Assembly (NCBI GenBank): GCA_964016885.1
Contig: OZ024753.1
Coordinates: 41,416,001-41,480,000, forward strand
Length of the DNA: 64,000 bases
Direction of reading: 5' to 3'
From: Eledone cirrhosa
Lineage: Eukaryota
Below, one piece after another: positions 62,502 to 64,000 of this stretch. Made by a program: the position numbers and the translations under genes. The notes below the pieces were generated by a model, which worked only from the letters and a program-made list of their open reading frames with translations, had not been told where the DNA came from and searched no databases. The first letter of the stretch is position 1, and each line of letters starts with the position of its first letter.

Positions 62502-62891
62502 ATTGTGTTGTTTATTATGTAATTATATATATATATATATCATCATCATCATCATCATCATCGTTTAACGTCCATATTCCACGCTTGCATGGGTTTGGAC
62601 GGGAGTTTTCCCACTTGGGGCAAGAGTGGTTGTCTTGCTCGCATAGGACTGTCTGGCGGGTTTTCTACAGCTGGATGCCCTTCCTAACACCAACCACGTT
62701 TACAGTGTGGACTGGGAGGTTTTTCCCGTGTTACCTACACGGCCACATTACAGCATGGACTGTGTTTTTTTTGTCGTGACACCTACACGACCTCATTTGT
62801 TTCGGCCTGGATGTTGTGGTACCAACATAACTTTACATTGAAAGGGTTGGTGTGGATGGGGTGGGGGTAGTGGGACGGGGGTGTATATATT

Positions 62892-63080
62892 TAATAAATC
62901 AGGAAAGAAGAGTGACACGGTTTGCTATACAAAAAAGGTTTTTAATCTCATTGCTGACAATTGTTTCTCTGAACTGGTAGGTCTAGAGATCGCTATCCGC
63001 TTATTTTACTCGATCGCCAATACAGAGTTATAACCAGTCAGTTATAGCAAACCGTGTCACTCTTCTTTCCTGATTTATTA
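62892..63080. repeat. 38-bp inverted arms enclosing the 3' half of a hammerhead motif (- strand GAAACAATTGTC)
   Basis: taataaatcaggaaagaagagtgacacggtttgctata mirrored at about 63043-63080. Confidence 0.75.
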
Positions 63081-63245
63081 TTACTCCAAGTGTTTACAAC
63101 ATAGGAATTACAGCGTACTCGCAGCATCACTATGGAAACGCCTTGTTGAGTCAAACTTAGCCAAGCGTTGATATCATCCACTACCCGGAGTACCATAACT
63201 GGACTACACCTAAGTAGACTGCATAAAACAATTATTTGTTACCCC

Positions 63246-63318
<73 letters not shown>

Positions 63319-63649
63319 TATTATGTAATTATATATATATATATGTTGTAGATGTTAAAGAGTTCTTTATTAATAAAGCTGTGATACATATTTCAATGAC
63401 ATCCATGGTCACTTGATTATTTAACCATTTACGTGATCTCATCAGACAGCAAAATTTAGTATACTGTATATATGTATATATATATATATAATTCCACATA
63501 TATGTATATACATACAAGAGAGTTCCGAGTAGTAGATATAGAGGAGGGTATTGGAAGAGAATTCTCTCTCTCTATATATATATATATATATTTCGTTTCT
63601 GAATTTGTTTAGCAAGATTCTTTATCTGAAAACGTGTGTTGAAACCGAT

Positions 63650-64000
63650 ATTGTTATACTTTGGGAGGGTCATGTTGCCAATAAGAAACACACGCACCAG
63701 TTGCTTTCACTCCAATTTATTATAAATTAAATTTATAAATTTAAGAATTTATAAATTTCCGGTTGGTTGGTTGGTTGGTTCCATAACCGGACGGTTGTTC
63801 ATATATTGTCAAAGTTCTTTCGTCCCACATTCTGTGACCTCTTCAGTGATTGGGGATTCTTTTTGTGTGTGAACACACACAAAAACAAGATGGCGTAGGA
63901 CAGAATAAAGGAGAGGCACAAAACAAAGAAAAGAATCCCCAGTCACTGAAGAGGTCACAGAATGTGGGACGAAAGAACTTTGACAATATATGAACAACCG
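63650..64000. mobile_element. Palindromic family F6 element with two divergent hammerhead motifs (63808-63850 on -, 63942-63984 on +)
   Basis: GUCA CUGAAGA ggucacagaaugugggac GAA AG aa CU U UGAC on +, mirrored on -. Tail shared with 28367-28530. Runs off the window end. Confidence 0.78.

Overview
Eukaryotic, very AT-rich, repeat-dominated DNA. The SINE content and huge (TA)n/(CA)n tracts suggest a coleoid cephalopod such as Octopus (inference). Almost all ORFs in the supplied track are microsatellite artefacts. I reconstructed by hand nine phase-compatible GT-AG exons on the + strand (29406-60980, 983 nt, about 327 aa). They encode the six-cysteine ectodomain through TM5/ICL3 of a class B1 (secretin-family) GPCR of the PTH-receptor-like type. 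The signal-peptide exon and the TM6/TM7 exons were not found in the window. The non-coding DNA holds two tRNA-derived SINE families, RTE and CR1-like LINE fragments, piggyBac-type MITEs, a non-autonomous Helitron, minisatellites and a 200-N gap. The most striking signal is a set of short non-coding elements from at least six unrelated sequence families plus singletons. They carry type I hammerhead ribozyme motifs, including U3-A8 compensatory and U4A core variants. They sit in (TA)n tracts and mostly share an architecture of short inverted arm, ribozyme, arm and tail, as expected of Penelope-like or retrozyme-type retroelements. All folds were derived by eye and none were computed.
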